Below, in pieces: positions 22,842 through 31,525 of a stretch of DNA of 32,279 nucleotides. Within the stretch, counting starts at the first letter, position 1; every line of letters begins with the position of its first letter. The DNA comes from Prevotellaceae bacterium. Its GTDB lineage: Bacteria; Bacteroidota; Bacteroidia; Bacteroidales; UBA932. The DNA lies in NCBI GenBank assembly GCA_031278495.1, contig JAITKG010000001.1, positions 1-32,279 on the forward strand, written 5' to 3'. Made by a program: the position numbers and the translations under genes. The notes under the pieces are model-generated. The model was given only the letters and a program-made list of their open reading frames with translations, ran no database searches and had not been told where the DNA came from.

Positions 22842-22988
22842 TTGAACGACGCCCACTCAGGAAAAGGAAAATCTATTCAAAAACAATATGGCGTGTCCGG
22901 CGTTCCCACTTGCTTCTTCATATCCCCAGAAGGGCAAGCGCATAAACCAGTGGTTTGTTTATGGTGTATACCTATGGCTATGTGTTAA
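22842..22988 (+). pseudogene. 3' remnant of a thioredoxin-fold (TlpA/ResA/AhpC-like) thiol-disulfide oxidoreductase gene
   Basis: The frame starting at 22881 translates KQYGVSGVPTCFFISPEGQA, matching the conserved C-terminal Y-G-V-x-G-h-P-T-x-F-h-I-x-x-x-G motif of TlpA-like proteins. No CxxC-bearing N-terminal part and no start codon; a stop lies upstream at 22797. Confidence 0.4.
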
Positions 22989-23159
22989 ACCTATGTAATA
23001 AAATTTAGTCAAATCTACTGTCATTATTAGCTACATTGACATACCGGAATAGTTCCGGTAATAATTTTTTTTGTTTAAAATAGCATTTTTTTTTGCGCAA
23101 TTCGGTTTTATTTAGTTACTTTGTAAAATTACTTTATATAGAAATTAGGGATAAAGTGC

Positions 23160-24098
23160 ATGATTATTTGGTATAAAATACTTCCGGCAATAGCCATAAT
23201 GGGATTTGCCAATAAAATTCAAGCACAACAAGACGCTCAATTTAATTTATATTTTATGAACCCAACCTTTATAAATCCGGGGTATGCGGGAAATACGCAA
23301 GAAGAAATGTTTTGCGCATCCGGATATAACCGGTTGGAATTACGAGGTTTTGATGAAGCGCCCGTTTCTACCGTTATAAATGTACATGGACCGGTTAATG
23401 TATTTGGAACACGTGGCGGTATTAGCGTTACGTTGCAGAACGAGATGGCGGGTTTCCTGCGCGCGCCGGGCTTAAATTTCGGCTATGCTTACCACCGGGC
23501 GTTGGGCGCCGGGCAAATAGGAGTAGGTATTTCATTGGGCTTTATCGGCAGTTGGTATGCTAACAATTCCTGGAAACTGCCCGACGGGGGAACCGACCCG
23601 GTGGCGCCAAGCCAGGAAAATGCAGGCGTCGCTTTTGATTTGGGAACGGGAGCGTACTATTCCGATTCCCGTTGGTTTGGCGGATTATCATTCACACATC
23701 TCACCAGCCCTAAATTAGGCGTCGACAATAATGCACGCTACCGTCCGGCGTTGTACGTTATGGGCGGGTTTACATTTTTTGCGGACAGCGCCGCATGGAC
23801 GGTAACGCCCATGTTGACGGTTGTGTCCGACTTTACGCAAACAAGTTACAACATCGCTGGCAATGCGATGTATAATAGGAAATATTGGGTGGGCGCCAGC
23901 TACCGTTGGGGACAGGCTATCGCTATAATGGCTGGACTGGAAGTTTTCAGCGGGCTGAAGGTTGCCTATGCTTACGAATATGCTACATCCCGGCTAAGCC
24001 GCTTCAGCAGCGGCACGCATGAGCTGATGTTAAGTTATTCGTTTGCGGTGAAGGCAGTGCGCGGCACACAACGGTACAAAAGTATAAGATATTTGTAA
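23160..24098 (+). CDS. porP: Type IX secretion system membrane protein, PorP/SprF family
   Basis: 312 aa. Signal peptide, then QQDAQFNLYFMNPTFINPGYAG (the PorP/SprF hallmark). Beta-barrel-like alternating pattern ending in ...SIRYL. Directly upstream of gldK. Confidence 0.85.
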   Translation: MIIWYKILPAIAIMGFANKIQAQQDAQFNLYFMNPTFINPGYAGNTQEEMFCASGYNRLELRGFDEAPVSTVINVHGPVNVFGTRGGISVTLQNEMAGFLRAPGLNFGYAYHRALGAGQIGVGISLGFIGSWYANNSWKLPDGGTDPVAPSQENAGVAFDLGTGAYYSDSRWFGGLSFTHLTSPKLGVDNNARYRPALYVMGGFTFFADSAAWTVTPMLTVVSDFTQTSYNIAGNAMYNRKYWVGASYRWGQAIAIMAGLEVFSGLKVAYAYEYATSRLSRFSSGTHELMLSYSFAVKAVRGTQRYKSIRYL

Positions 24099-24121
24099 AA
24101 ATTAAAAACACATTAAATTAT

Positions 24122-25462
24122 ATGAATAAATCGCTCTACTTAACTGTGGTTATTATATTATCTCTCTGCCTCTATGGGTGTATGGGGTCTAATTACGGTT
24201 ACACAGGCGAATTGTCGCGTGGAACAAAAGGAAGATCTGCAGCAACGTCGGAAATACCACCCTATGGGATGATATATATTCCTTCCGGACATGTGGTGAT
24301 AGGAAATAACGACCAGGATATTTTGTGGGCTATGAACGCCATTCCACGCACAATCACAGTTAATGCATTTTGGATGGATCAAACGGAAATTACCAACTAT
24401 GAATACCGCCAATTTACAAATTATGTACGGGACTCTATTCTTCGTGCGCTCATAGGCGCCGAAGATGATAACTTTTTTTTACCGGAAGAAGAAGATATGG
24501 ACTATACCGACGAGAAAAGACCATTAAATTGGCGGGCGCGTATAAACCGTAAAAATGAAACACACCGCTCGCTTCTCCGTGAAATAAACTATGCCGGCGA
24601 CGAAGCCATTTCCAGACGGGGAGAAATTGACGTCCGCAAATTGATTTATGAATACTCATGGATTGACTACCAACAAGCCGCTAACGCCCGCTACGATGCG
24701 GAACAGAAAAAATATACCGGTTTTATCATCAATTCACAGGGGGAACGCGAAGAAATTCGCGACCGCAGTTCATTCATCATGAAAGAATCGGTTTATGTAT
24801 ATCCCGACACCTTGTGCTGGATACGCGATTTTGCTTTTTCCTACAACGAACCTTTTGTTACCAGCTATTTTTCCCACGCATCCTACAATGACTATCCGGT
24901 AGTCGGCGTTTCGTGGAAACAGGCTACCGCTTTTTGCTGGTGGCGTACGGAGATGATTTATGCTACCCTTACAAGCAATTATCCTAATCCCTACCGGTTA
25001 CCGAATGAAGCGGAATGGGAATATGCGGCGCGCGGCGGTCTGGAAAGCGAACTGTACCCATGGGGCGGACCGTATGCAACCAATAAAGAAGGCTGCTACT
25101 TGGCAAACTTCAAACCGCAACGCGGAAAATACGAGCTTGACGGCGGAGTTTATACCATGCCCGTAGGATCTTATGAACCGAACGATTACGGGTTATACGA
25201 CATGGCCGGCAATGTGTCTGAATGGACGTCCAATACCTTCGACGAAAATGCATATAGCCAGTACCACGACTTGGAACCGAATTATATGACCAATTCCAAA
25301 AACTCCGACCCGACCGTCTTTAAACGCAAAGTAGTGCGCGGCGGTTCATGGAAAGACATTTCGTATTTCTTACAGTGCGGCACACGCATGTATGAATACC
25401 AGGATTCCACCAAATCATATATTGGATTCCGTTGCGTACGGTCGTACATGGGAACCCCGTAA
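24122..25462 (+). CDS. gldK: Gliding motility/T9SS lipoprotein GldK (PorK), SUMF1/FGE-fold
   Basis: Lipobox LSLCLYGC. GELSRG..PYGMIYIPSGHVVIG, FWMDQTEITNYEYRQF and GGSWKD. Confidence 0.92.
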   Translation: MNKSLYLTVVIILSLCLYGCMGSNYGYTGELSRGTKGRSAATSEIPPYGMIYIPSGHVVIGNNDQDILWAMNAIPRTITVNAFWMDQTEITNYEYRQFTNYVRDSILRALIGAEDDNFFLPEEEDMDYTDEKRPLNWRARINRKNETHRSLLREINYAGDEAISRRGEIDVRKLIYEYSWIDYQQAANARYDAEQKKYTGFIINSQGEREEIRDRSSFIMKESVYVYPDTLCWIRDFAFSYNEPFVTSYFSHASYNDYPVVGVSWKQATAFCWWRTEMIYATLTSNYPNPYRLPNEAEWEYAARGGLESELYPWGGPYATNKEGCYLANFKPQRGKYELDGGVYTMPVGSYEPNDYGLYDMAGNVSEWTSNTFDENAYSQYHDLEPNYMTNSKNSDPTVFKRKVVRGGSWKDISYFLQCGTRMYEYQDSTKSYIGFRCVRSYMGTP

Positions 25463-25501
25463 ACAATTAAAAACACATAACCACTAACTAATATTTAAAT
25501 T

Positions 25502-26545
25502 ATGGCATTCTTTCAATTCGTAGAAAAAAAAGGTTGGAGAACATTCACAGCCCGCATGTATGGCTGGGGGGCGTCCATGGTTATTATCGGCGCATTGTTT
25601 AAATTGCAGCACTGGCCATTTGCAGGATATATGCTTACTATCGGTATGGGTATTGAGTGCATTATTTTCTTTTTCTCGGCATTCGATCCGCTTCCTATGG
25701 ACTACCACTGGGACACGGTGTTTCCCGAATTAGGGGACGGCTATGGCGCTGCCGACAAGGCGGCAATAAGCGCGCAGAAAAGGAAAAGCTTGGAAATAGA
25801 CGCTGACTCGGCTGATAATCTCAAGAGAAATGTAGAACGTTTTAACCAGTCGCTAAGCAGTCTCGGCGCATTAGCTACGGTTGCCGAAACTTCCAACCGC
25901 TTCGTTGGCGGGTTACAACAGGCGGCAGGCAATATGACTGTCCTTAACCAGACAGCCCATACTTTTGCAGTCGCTTACAACGAAACGGCGCAAACCATTA
26001 TGGCTGGCGGGCAACAGGCGAATGTCAATTTAACGACACTGAATCAAACAACGCAGGCATTTGCCAACGCTTACAATGAAACGGCAAAAACCATTGCGGC
26101 AAGCGGGCAACAGGCGTCTGCAAATTTAACGGCGCTGAGCCAAACCCTTGCCAACGCTTATAACGAAACGGCAAAAACCATTACGGCAGGCGGGCAACAG
26201 GCATCCGCAAATTTAACGGCGCTGAGCCAAACTACCCAAACTTTTGCCAACGTTTACAACGAAACGGCAAAAACCATTACGGCAGGCGGGCAACAGGCGA
26301 ACACTAATTTAGCGGCGCTGAACAAAAATTTACAGGCGGTAAACACTTCCTATGAATTATACATGCAGGAACAAAAAGGATATGTCGAACATAACCAAAA
26401 ACTGCTGGCGGTGATGGACAATTCGGCAAAACAAACCCAGCAGTTCGACCGGCAAATGATTGAACTGAATAAATTGATTGCCGAACTTAACACAGTCTAC
26501 ACATCAGTAGTAAACACGGTAAATACGACTTTGAAAAAAAGATAA
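25502..26545 (+). CDS. gldL: Gliding motility/T9SS motor protein GldL (PorL), with an expanded repeat-bearing cytoplasmic region
   Basis: N-terminus MAFFQFVEKKGWRTFTARMYGWGASMVIIGALFKLQHWPFAGYMLTIGMGIECIIFFFSAFDP (two TM helices, typical GldL). Position between gldK and gldM. Confidence 0.9.
   Translation: MAFFQFVEKKGWRTFTARMYGWGASMVIIGALFKLQHWPFAGYMLTIGMGIECIIFFFSAFDPLPMDYHWDTVFPELGDGYGAADKAAISAQKRKSLEIDADSADNLKRNVERFNQSLSSLGALATVAETSNRFVGGLQQAAGNMTVLNQTAHTFAVAYNETAQTIMAGGQQANVNLTTLNQTTQAFANAYNETAKTIAASGQQASANLTALSQTLANAYNETAKTITAGGQQASANLTALSQTTQTFANVYNETAKTITAGGQQANTNLAALNKNLQAVNTSYELYMQEQKGYVEHNQKLLAVMDNSAKQTQQFDRQMIELNKLIAELNTVYTSVVNTVNTTLKKR
25907..26340 (+). repeat. In-frame tandem repeat inside gldL, about 4.5 units of 96 nt (one unit is 87 nt)
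   Basis: The anchor G(C/T)TTA(C/T)AA recurs at 25973, 26069, 26156 and 26252 (spacings 96, 87, 96). A 41-nt perfect identity links 26162-26202 and 26258-26298. The peptide unit is GGQQA.xNLTxLxQTTQxFAxAYNETAKTIxA. Confidence 0.9.
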
Positions 26546-26603
26546 TATGCGAACGGTTAGATGATAAAAAATATTTACAAGCTACTTTTTAAATTAAAAA
26601 ATT

Positions 26604-28148
26604 ATGGCAGGCGGTAAACTCACTCCCCGTCAAAAAATGATCAACATGATGTACTTGGTGCTGACAGCCATGTTAGCGCTGAATGTATCTGTTGAAGTGT
26701 TGGACGCATTTGTGCTTATCAACAAAAGCCTCAAGCAAAGTATTGAGACCACCCGCATAAAGAACAAAGCCGAATTGTCGGACTTTGCACGGGCAGCATC
26801 GGAAAATCCCGAAAAAGTGAAGCCTTGGCAAGCCAAAGCCGAAGAAGTACACACAAGAGCCGAAGAATTGTATACCTATATCCAGCACCTGAAAGTGCAA
26901 ATCGTAAAAGCCAGCGACGGGGAAGACGCGCCGGCGCTGGAAGCCGACGGGCTGTCCTTTGATTCGTGGGCTATCGAAGGCAAAGACAATACCGACGTCG
27001 CATCCCGGATTTTACTTGGCGACGGCGATGGGGAAGCGTATACTATCCGCAAAAAAATTACCGACTATAAAGAATTTCTACTCGGCATGTCCGCCGGCAA
27101 TGCAATGGTTACCGAATCCATTCACAATTTATTGCAAACCGACAACCCGCCGGAAGCATCCGACGGCATGCGCCGTACTTGGGAAACCCAATTTGAAAGC
27201 ATCCCGCTGATTTCGGCGATTTCGCTGCTGTCAAAATTCCAGCTTGATATCCTCAATTGCGAAAGCGAAATACTTAACCATTTATCCAGCCAAATTGACG
27301 CGTCCGACTTTAAGTTTTCAAATATCGACGTAGCGATTATTCCGGCTTCCAATTATGTGTTGAAAGGGACGGAATACAGCGCCGAAATATTTTTAGCCGC
27401 TTATGACCCTACGGCGCGCCCCACCCTGCAAATAGGCGGAAAAACATATCAGGCAAACCAGACAGGAAAAATTACTTACAAATACCATGCGCAAACAGTA
27501 GGACCGGTAAACCTGAAAGGCGCTATCGAATTTAACGGACCCGACGGAAAAACAACCCGCCCGGTAACCATCCAGTTTCAGGTGGCGGAACCCAATGTAG
27601 TCGTTTCGCCGACCAAAATGAATGTGGTATACCGCGGCATAGAAAACCCTATCAGCATCTCGCTATCCGGCGTTCCGCCCGAAAAATTGATACCCTCCGT
27701 AACGAATGGCACAATTACGCGCGGCACAAACGAATTTCTCCTCACGCCGGGCAGCGGCAATATTTGCAAGGTTTCTGTAGTATTCGACGGGAAAGACATG
27801 GGCGGCATGTCGTTTCGCGTAAAAAACCTGCCCATTCCTACGCCACGACTGGAAGGCATTACTACGAAAACCGCAACAAAAGGCGACCTGATGGCTTCGC
27901 AGGGAATATTTGCCGAAATGAAAGATTTTGATTTCGATTTAAAATACCGGGTTACTTCCTTCACGGTATCCGCCACTATTCAAGGCTACCTCGAAGAGAA
28001 AACTTCCAGTTCGCAACTGTTCAACGACGAACAAAAACAATTATTCAACCGCGTACGTTCGGGGCAACTCGTGGCGTTTACAAATATAATCGCCAGGGGT
28101 CCTAATGGGGACGTGGAGTTACCCGACCTTACCGTAAAAGTTAGATAA
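26604..28148 (+). CDS. gldM: Gliding motility/T9SS motor protein GldM (PorM)
   Basis: MAGGKLTPRQKMINMMYLVLTAMLALNVS is the canonical GldM N-terminus. 514 aa. Position between gldL and gldN. Confidence 0.92.
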   Translation: MAGGKLTPRQKMINMMYLVLTAMLALNVSVEVLDAFVLINKSLKQSIETTRIKNKAELSDFARAASENPEKVKPWQAKAEEVHTRAEELYTYIQHLKVQIVKASDGEDAPALEADGLSFDSWAIEGKDNTDVASRILLGDGDGEAYTIRKKITDYKEFLLGMSAGNAMVTESIHNLLQTDNPPEASDGMRRTWETQFESIPLISAISLLSKFQLDILNCESEILNHLSSQIDASDFKFSNIDVAIIPASNYVLKGTEYSAEIFLAAYDPTARPTLQIGGKTYQANQTGKITYKYHAQTVGPVNLKGAIEFNGPDGKTTRPVTIQFQVAEPNVVVSPTKMNVVYRGIENPISISLSGVPPEKLIPSVTNGTITRGTNEFLLTPGSGNICKVSVVFDGKDMGGMSFRVKNLPIPTPRLEGITTKTATKGDLMASQGIFAEMKDFDFDLKYRVTSFTVSATIQGYLEEKTSSSQLFNDEQKQLFNRVRSGQLVAFTNIIARGPNGDVELPDLTVKVR

Positions 28149-28167
28149 AAATTATTTGTGTACAATT

Positions 28168-29058
28168 ATGAAACATTTTATTACCCTTTCGTTATTCAGT
28201 ATTTTCCTCCTTTCCGGCAGTGGCGCGGCAGCCCAGCAGCAGGTGCAGCAAAAACAAAGCCTGGTGATGGACGGCGCATTCCACCGGGATATCGTACAGG
28301 AAAAAGAACCGTTCCCTTATGCACCTGTTCGCGAATCCGATGTAGTATGGGCGAAGAAAATATGGCGTATTATCGACCTGCGGGAAAAAATCAATTACCC
28401 CCTCTACTATCCGACCGAAGTGATGCAGGGACGGAAAAGTCTGGTGCAAACATTGGTGCAAGCCATACAGTCAGGAAAAATAACCGCCTATGATACCGAC
28501 TCCGACGAATTTACCACCGTATTGGCGCCACAGGCGCTTATCAGCCGCTTTAATGCCGCCGACCGCAAACAGGTAAGACCTAAAATGGACGGCACGGGCG
28601 ACACCACCGTAATCATTCGCGGGCAAATCAACTGGAGCGAAGTACAGGAACTGCTGGTAAAAGAAGAATGGTTCTTCGATACCCGTTACTCGCAAATGTT
28701 TGTACGGGTTATCGGCATTTGCCCTATCCGCGTATATTACCGCCAACTGCGCACGGCAGACGGCGAAGATGAAGAAGGCGAAAAAGTAAAAGCGCGTTTG
28801 TTCTGGGTCTATTATCCCGAAATACGGAAAACTTTGGCGAACACCCTTTGCTTTACCGGCGAAAATGAAATTTCCCAAATGTCCTTCGATGACTTATTCC
28901 TCAAGCGTTATTTCAATTCCTATATCGTAGCGGAATCCAACAACCAAAATAACCGGCTGATAAGCGCCTATACCCGCAACGACTTCGAGATGATGCTGGA
29001 ATCGGCAAAAATCAAAGAAAAATTATTCAACGACGAGCAGGACTTCTGGGAATATTAA
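28168..29058 (+). CDS. gldN: Gliding motility/T9SS protein GldN (PorN)
   Basis: Signal peptide MKHFITLSLFSIFLLSGSGAAAQ from the ATG at 28168 (the ORF-track start at 28156 is a TTG). VRESDVVWAKKIWRIIDLREKINYPLYYP is the typical GldN motif. Confidence 0.9.
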   Translation: MKHFITLSLFSIFLLSGSGAAAQQQVQQKQSLVMDGAFHRDIVQEKEPFPYAPVRESDVVWAKKIWRIIDLREKINYPLYYPTEVMQGRKSLVQTLVQAIQSGKITAYDTDSDEFTTVLAPQALISRFNAADRKQVRPKMDGTGDTTVIIRGQINWSEVQELLVKEEWFFDTRYSQMFVRVIGICPIRVYYRQLRTADGEDEEGEKVKARLFWVYYPEIRKTLANTLCFTGENEISQMSFDDLFLKRYFNSYIVAESNNQNNRLISAYTRNDFEMMLESAKIKEKLFNDEQDFWEY

Positions 29059-29162
29059 AAGACCCCTTATGAAGCTGCGTCAGCCAGTCAGGAATTAGAA
29101 AGGAACAACGCCCCGTTCCCCGTTATGGAATAATGGTACGGGCGATGGGAGCGGAAGGCTGT

Positions 29163-29216
29163 CCGGAAAACAAGCGGCTTTGCCATCTTTTATGGCAAAG
29201 CCGCTACGGTTTCCGG
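29163..29216. terminator. Long interrupted hairpin between convergent gldN and bglX (probable bidirectional terminator)
   Basis: Inner perfect 14-bp stem AGCGGCTTTGCCAT (29173-29186) / ATGGCAAAGCCGCT (29192-29205), loop CTTTT. Outer stem CCGGAAA (29163-29169) / TTTCCGG (29210-29216). On the minus strand the inner stem is followed by TTGTTTTCC. Confidence 0.65.
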
Positions 29217-29228
29217 TGAAAACGCCGG

Positions 29229-31511
29229 TTATTTCAAGGTAAACGTCGCTTTATTCTCTGTGGCGGAATCGCCGCCGACGAATACCCAAAATTCGCCGGG
29301 TTCGGCTGTCCAGTGCAGGTTGGCGTTGTAGAATTTCAGGTCTTCGGTCGTAAGCATGAAGGTGATTTCGCGGCTTTCGCCGGGCTGCAAGGCGGCTTTT
29401 TGAAAGCCTTTCAATTCTTTTACGGGACGGGTGATGCTGCCCACTTTGTCGCGGATGTAGAGTTGCACCACTTCCTCGCCGGCGCGGCTGCCGCTGTTGG
29501 TCAGCGTAACGGATGCGGTGATGCTGCCGCCGTCCGTGAGCGTGGAGTCGGATAACTGCACGGCGGAGTAGGTGAATTGCGTATAGCTTAGCCCATGCCC
29601 GAAGGGGTAGAGCGGGTCGTTGCTTGCGTCAAGGTATTTGGAGGTGTATTTTTCGTTGTCATTGAAGGGGCGGCCGGTGTTTTTATGGTTGTAGTAAATG
29701 GGAATTTGCCCGACATGGCGCGGGAAGGTCATCGTGATTTTGCCGGAGGGGTTGGCGTCGCCGAAGAGGACGTCGGCAAGGGCGTCGCCAGCACGTGTGC
29801 CGGCATACCACGTTTCAAGAATGGCGTCGAGGTGGTCGTGCTCCCATGTCAATGTCAGCGGACGACCGTTCATCAGCGCCAATACCACAGGCTTGCCGGT
29901 TTCCTTCAAGGCTTTGAGCAACGCCAGTTGCTGAGCGGGCAGGCAAATGTCGGTGCGGCTGGCGGCTTCGCCGCTCATGCCGAAAGGCTCGCCTAAAACG
30001 GCTACCACCACGTCGGCGCGGCGGGCGGTTTGTACCGCTTCGGCAAGCAGTTGCTGCGGCGAACGGCTGTCGGGCGTAATTTCCCCGCCGTTCCGGTTGA
30101 GCTTGTCGCGCAAGGCGTCGTCGTCTATCAGGTTGCAGCCTTTGGCATAGAGGAAGGCGTTTTTGGCGGACTGGTTTTTCGCAAATTTATTTTCCAGCGC
30201 ACTCCACAGGCTCACGGCTTGTTGCCAGTCGCCGGCTGCGCTCCAGTTTCCAATGAGGTTGCGCTGGTCTTTCACTAACGGACCGATGAATGCTATTTTC
30301 TTCGATGCGTCGAGGGGCAGGGTTTGGCGGTCGTTTTTGAGCAATACAAAACTTTTCACAGCCGCCTCTTTGCTCAGGGCAAGTTTTCCGGCGTTCATGA
30401 TTTGCGCGGCGGCGCGTTCTTCGGTTATTCCGCGATAGGGGTCGTCGAATAAACCGAGTTTATATTTCGCTTCCAAAATACGGCGGCACGCGTCGTTGAT
30501 GGTTGTTTCCTTCACGCGTCCGGCTTTCACGAGGGCGGGGAGTTCATCGATAAAATATTCGCTGACCATGTCCATGTCCGCGCCGGCATTGGCGGCGAGT
30601 TCGGCTACGCGCGCCCGGTCGCCCACGCCGTGGTTTTCCATTTCGGCAATAGCCGTGTAGTCGGTAACGACAAAACCTTTGAAACCCCACTGGCGGCGCA
30701 GCAGGTCGGTGAGCAGCCAGCGGTTGCCGGTGGCTGGCACGCCGTCGATTTCATTGAAGGAAGTCATGATGGACGACGCGCCGGCTTCTACGGCGGCTTT
30801 GTAGGGCGGGAGGTATTCGTTGTACATCCGCAGGCGGCTCATGTCGGTGGTGTTGTAGTCGCGTCCGGCTTCGGCTGCGCCGTAGAGCGCAAAGTGTTTG
30901 ATGCACGAGAGGAGCGTATTCTGTTTCGAGAGGTCGCCCTGTTCGTAGCCGCGCACGCAGGCTTTGGCGATTTCGGCGCCCAAGTAGGGGTCTTCGCCTG
31001 CGCCTTCGCTGACGCGCCCCCAGCGCGGGTCGCGGGCAATATCAACCATTGGCGAGAATGTCCAGTGCAAGCCGTCGGCGGTGGCTTCGTCGGCTACGGC
31101 AGCGGCGATGCGCTGTATCAGTTCCGTGTCCCACGTGGCGGACAGTCCCAGCGGGATGGGGTAAATGGTGCGGTGTCCATGAATTACGTCGTACCCGAAG
31201 AGCAGGGGAATGTGCAACCGCGTTTGGGTAACCGCCATTTCCTGCAATTTCCGTACGGCGGCAGGCGTATAGATGTTGAATACGCCGCCGATTTGCCCGT
31301 CTTTGATTTTTTGTTCTACCGCCCCGCTCATGCGCGGACCGGTAACGTCGAAGCCGACGGTGGGCAGGTGGAGTTGCCCGATTTTTTCTTCCAGCGTCAT
31401 TTGACTCATCAGCCGGTTTACAAATTTGTCCATCTCTGCTTCGCGCGACGACCGGTTGGCGCACGCCGCCATGCAGCCCGCAGCGCATAATAGTAACAGT
31501 GTTTTTTTCAT
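29229..31511 (-). CDS. bglX: Glycoside hydrolase family 3 beta-glucosidase (BglX-like), lipoprotein
   Basis: 760 aa. Lipobox LLLLCAAGCMAAC. GH3 motifs GYDVIHG, KHFALYGAAEAGRDYN and GFKGFVVTDY (nucleophile Asp). C-terminal Fn3-like region VVQLYIRD. Confidence 0.9.
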   Translation of the reverse strand: MKKTLLLLCAAGCMAACANRSSREAEMDKFVNRLMSQMTLEEKIGQLHLPTVGFDVTGPRMSGAVEQKIKDGQIGGVFNIYTPAAVRKLQEMAVTQTRLHIPLLFGYDVIHGHRTIYPIPLGLSATWDTELIQRIAAAVADEATADGLHWTFSPMVDIARDPRWGRVSEGAGEDPYLGAEIAKACVRGYEQGDLSKQNTLLSCIKHFALYGAAEAGRDYNTTDMSRLRMYNEYLPPYKAAVEAGASSIMTSFNEIDGVPATGNRWLLTDLLRRQWGFKGFVVTDYTAIAEMENHGVGDRARVAELAANAGADMDMVSEYFIDELPALVKAGRVKETTINDACRRILEAKYKLGLFDDPYRGITEERAAAQIMNAGKLALSKEAAVKSFVLLKNDRQTLPLDASKKIAFIGPLVKDQRNLIGNWSAAGDWQQAVSLWSALENKFAKNQSAKNAFLYAKGCNLIDDDALRDKLNRNGGEITPDSRSPQQLLAEAVQTARRADVVVAVLGEPFGMSGEAASRTDICLPAQQLALLKALKETGKPVVLALMNGRPLTLTWEHDHLDAILETWYAGTRAGDALADVLFGDANPSGKITMTFPRHVGQIPIYYNHKNTGRPFNDNEKYTSKYLDASNDPLYPFGHGLSYTQFTYSAVQLSDSTLTDGGSITASVTLTNSGSRAGEEVVQLYIRDKVGSITRPVKELKGFQKAALQPGESREITFMLTTEDLKFYNANLHWTAEPGEFWVFVGGDSATENKATFTLK

Positions 31512-31525
31512 TTTTTCATTGTTGG

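Noticed and set aside
30630-31490. 286-aa plus-strand ORF
   Set aside because: It lies entirely antisense to the well-supported GH3 bglX gene. The composition is Gly/Ala/Arg/Val-rich, as is typical of antisense frames in GC-rich coding DNA, and no motif was recognised.
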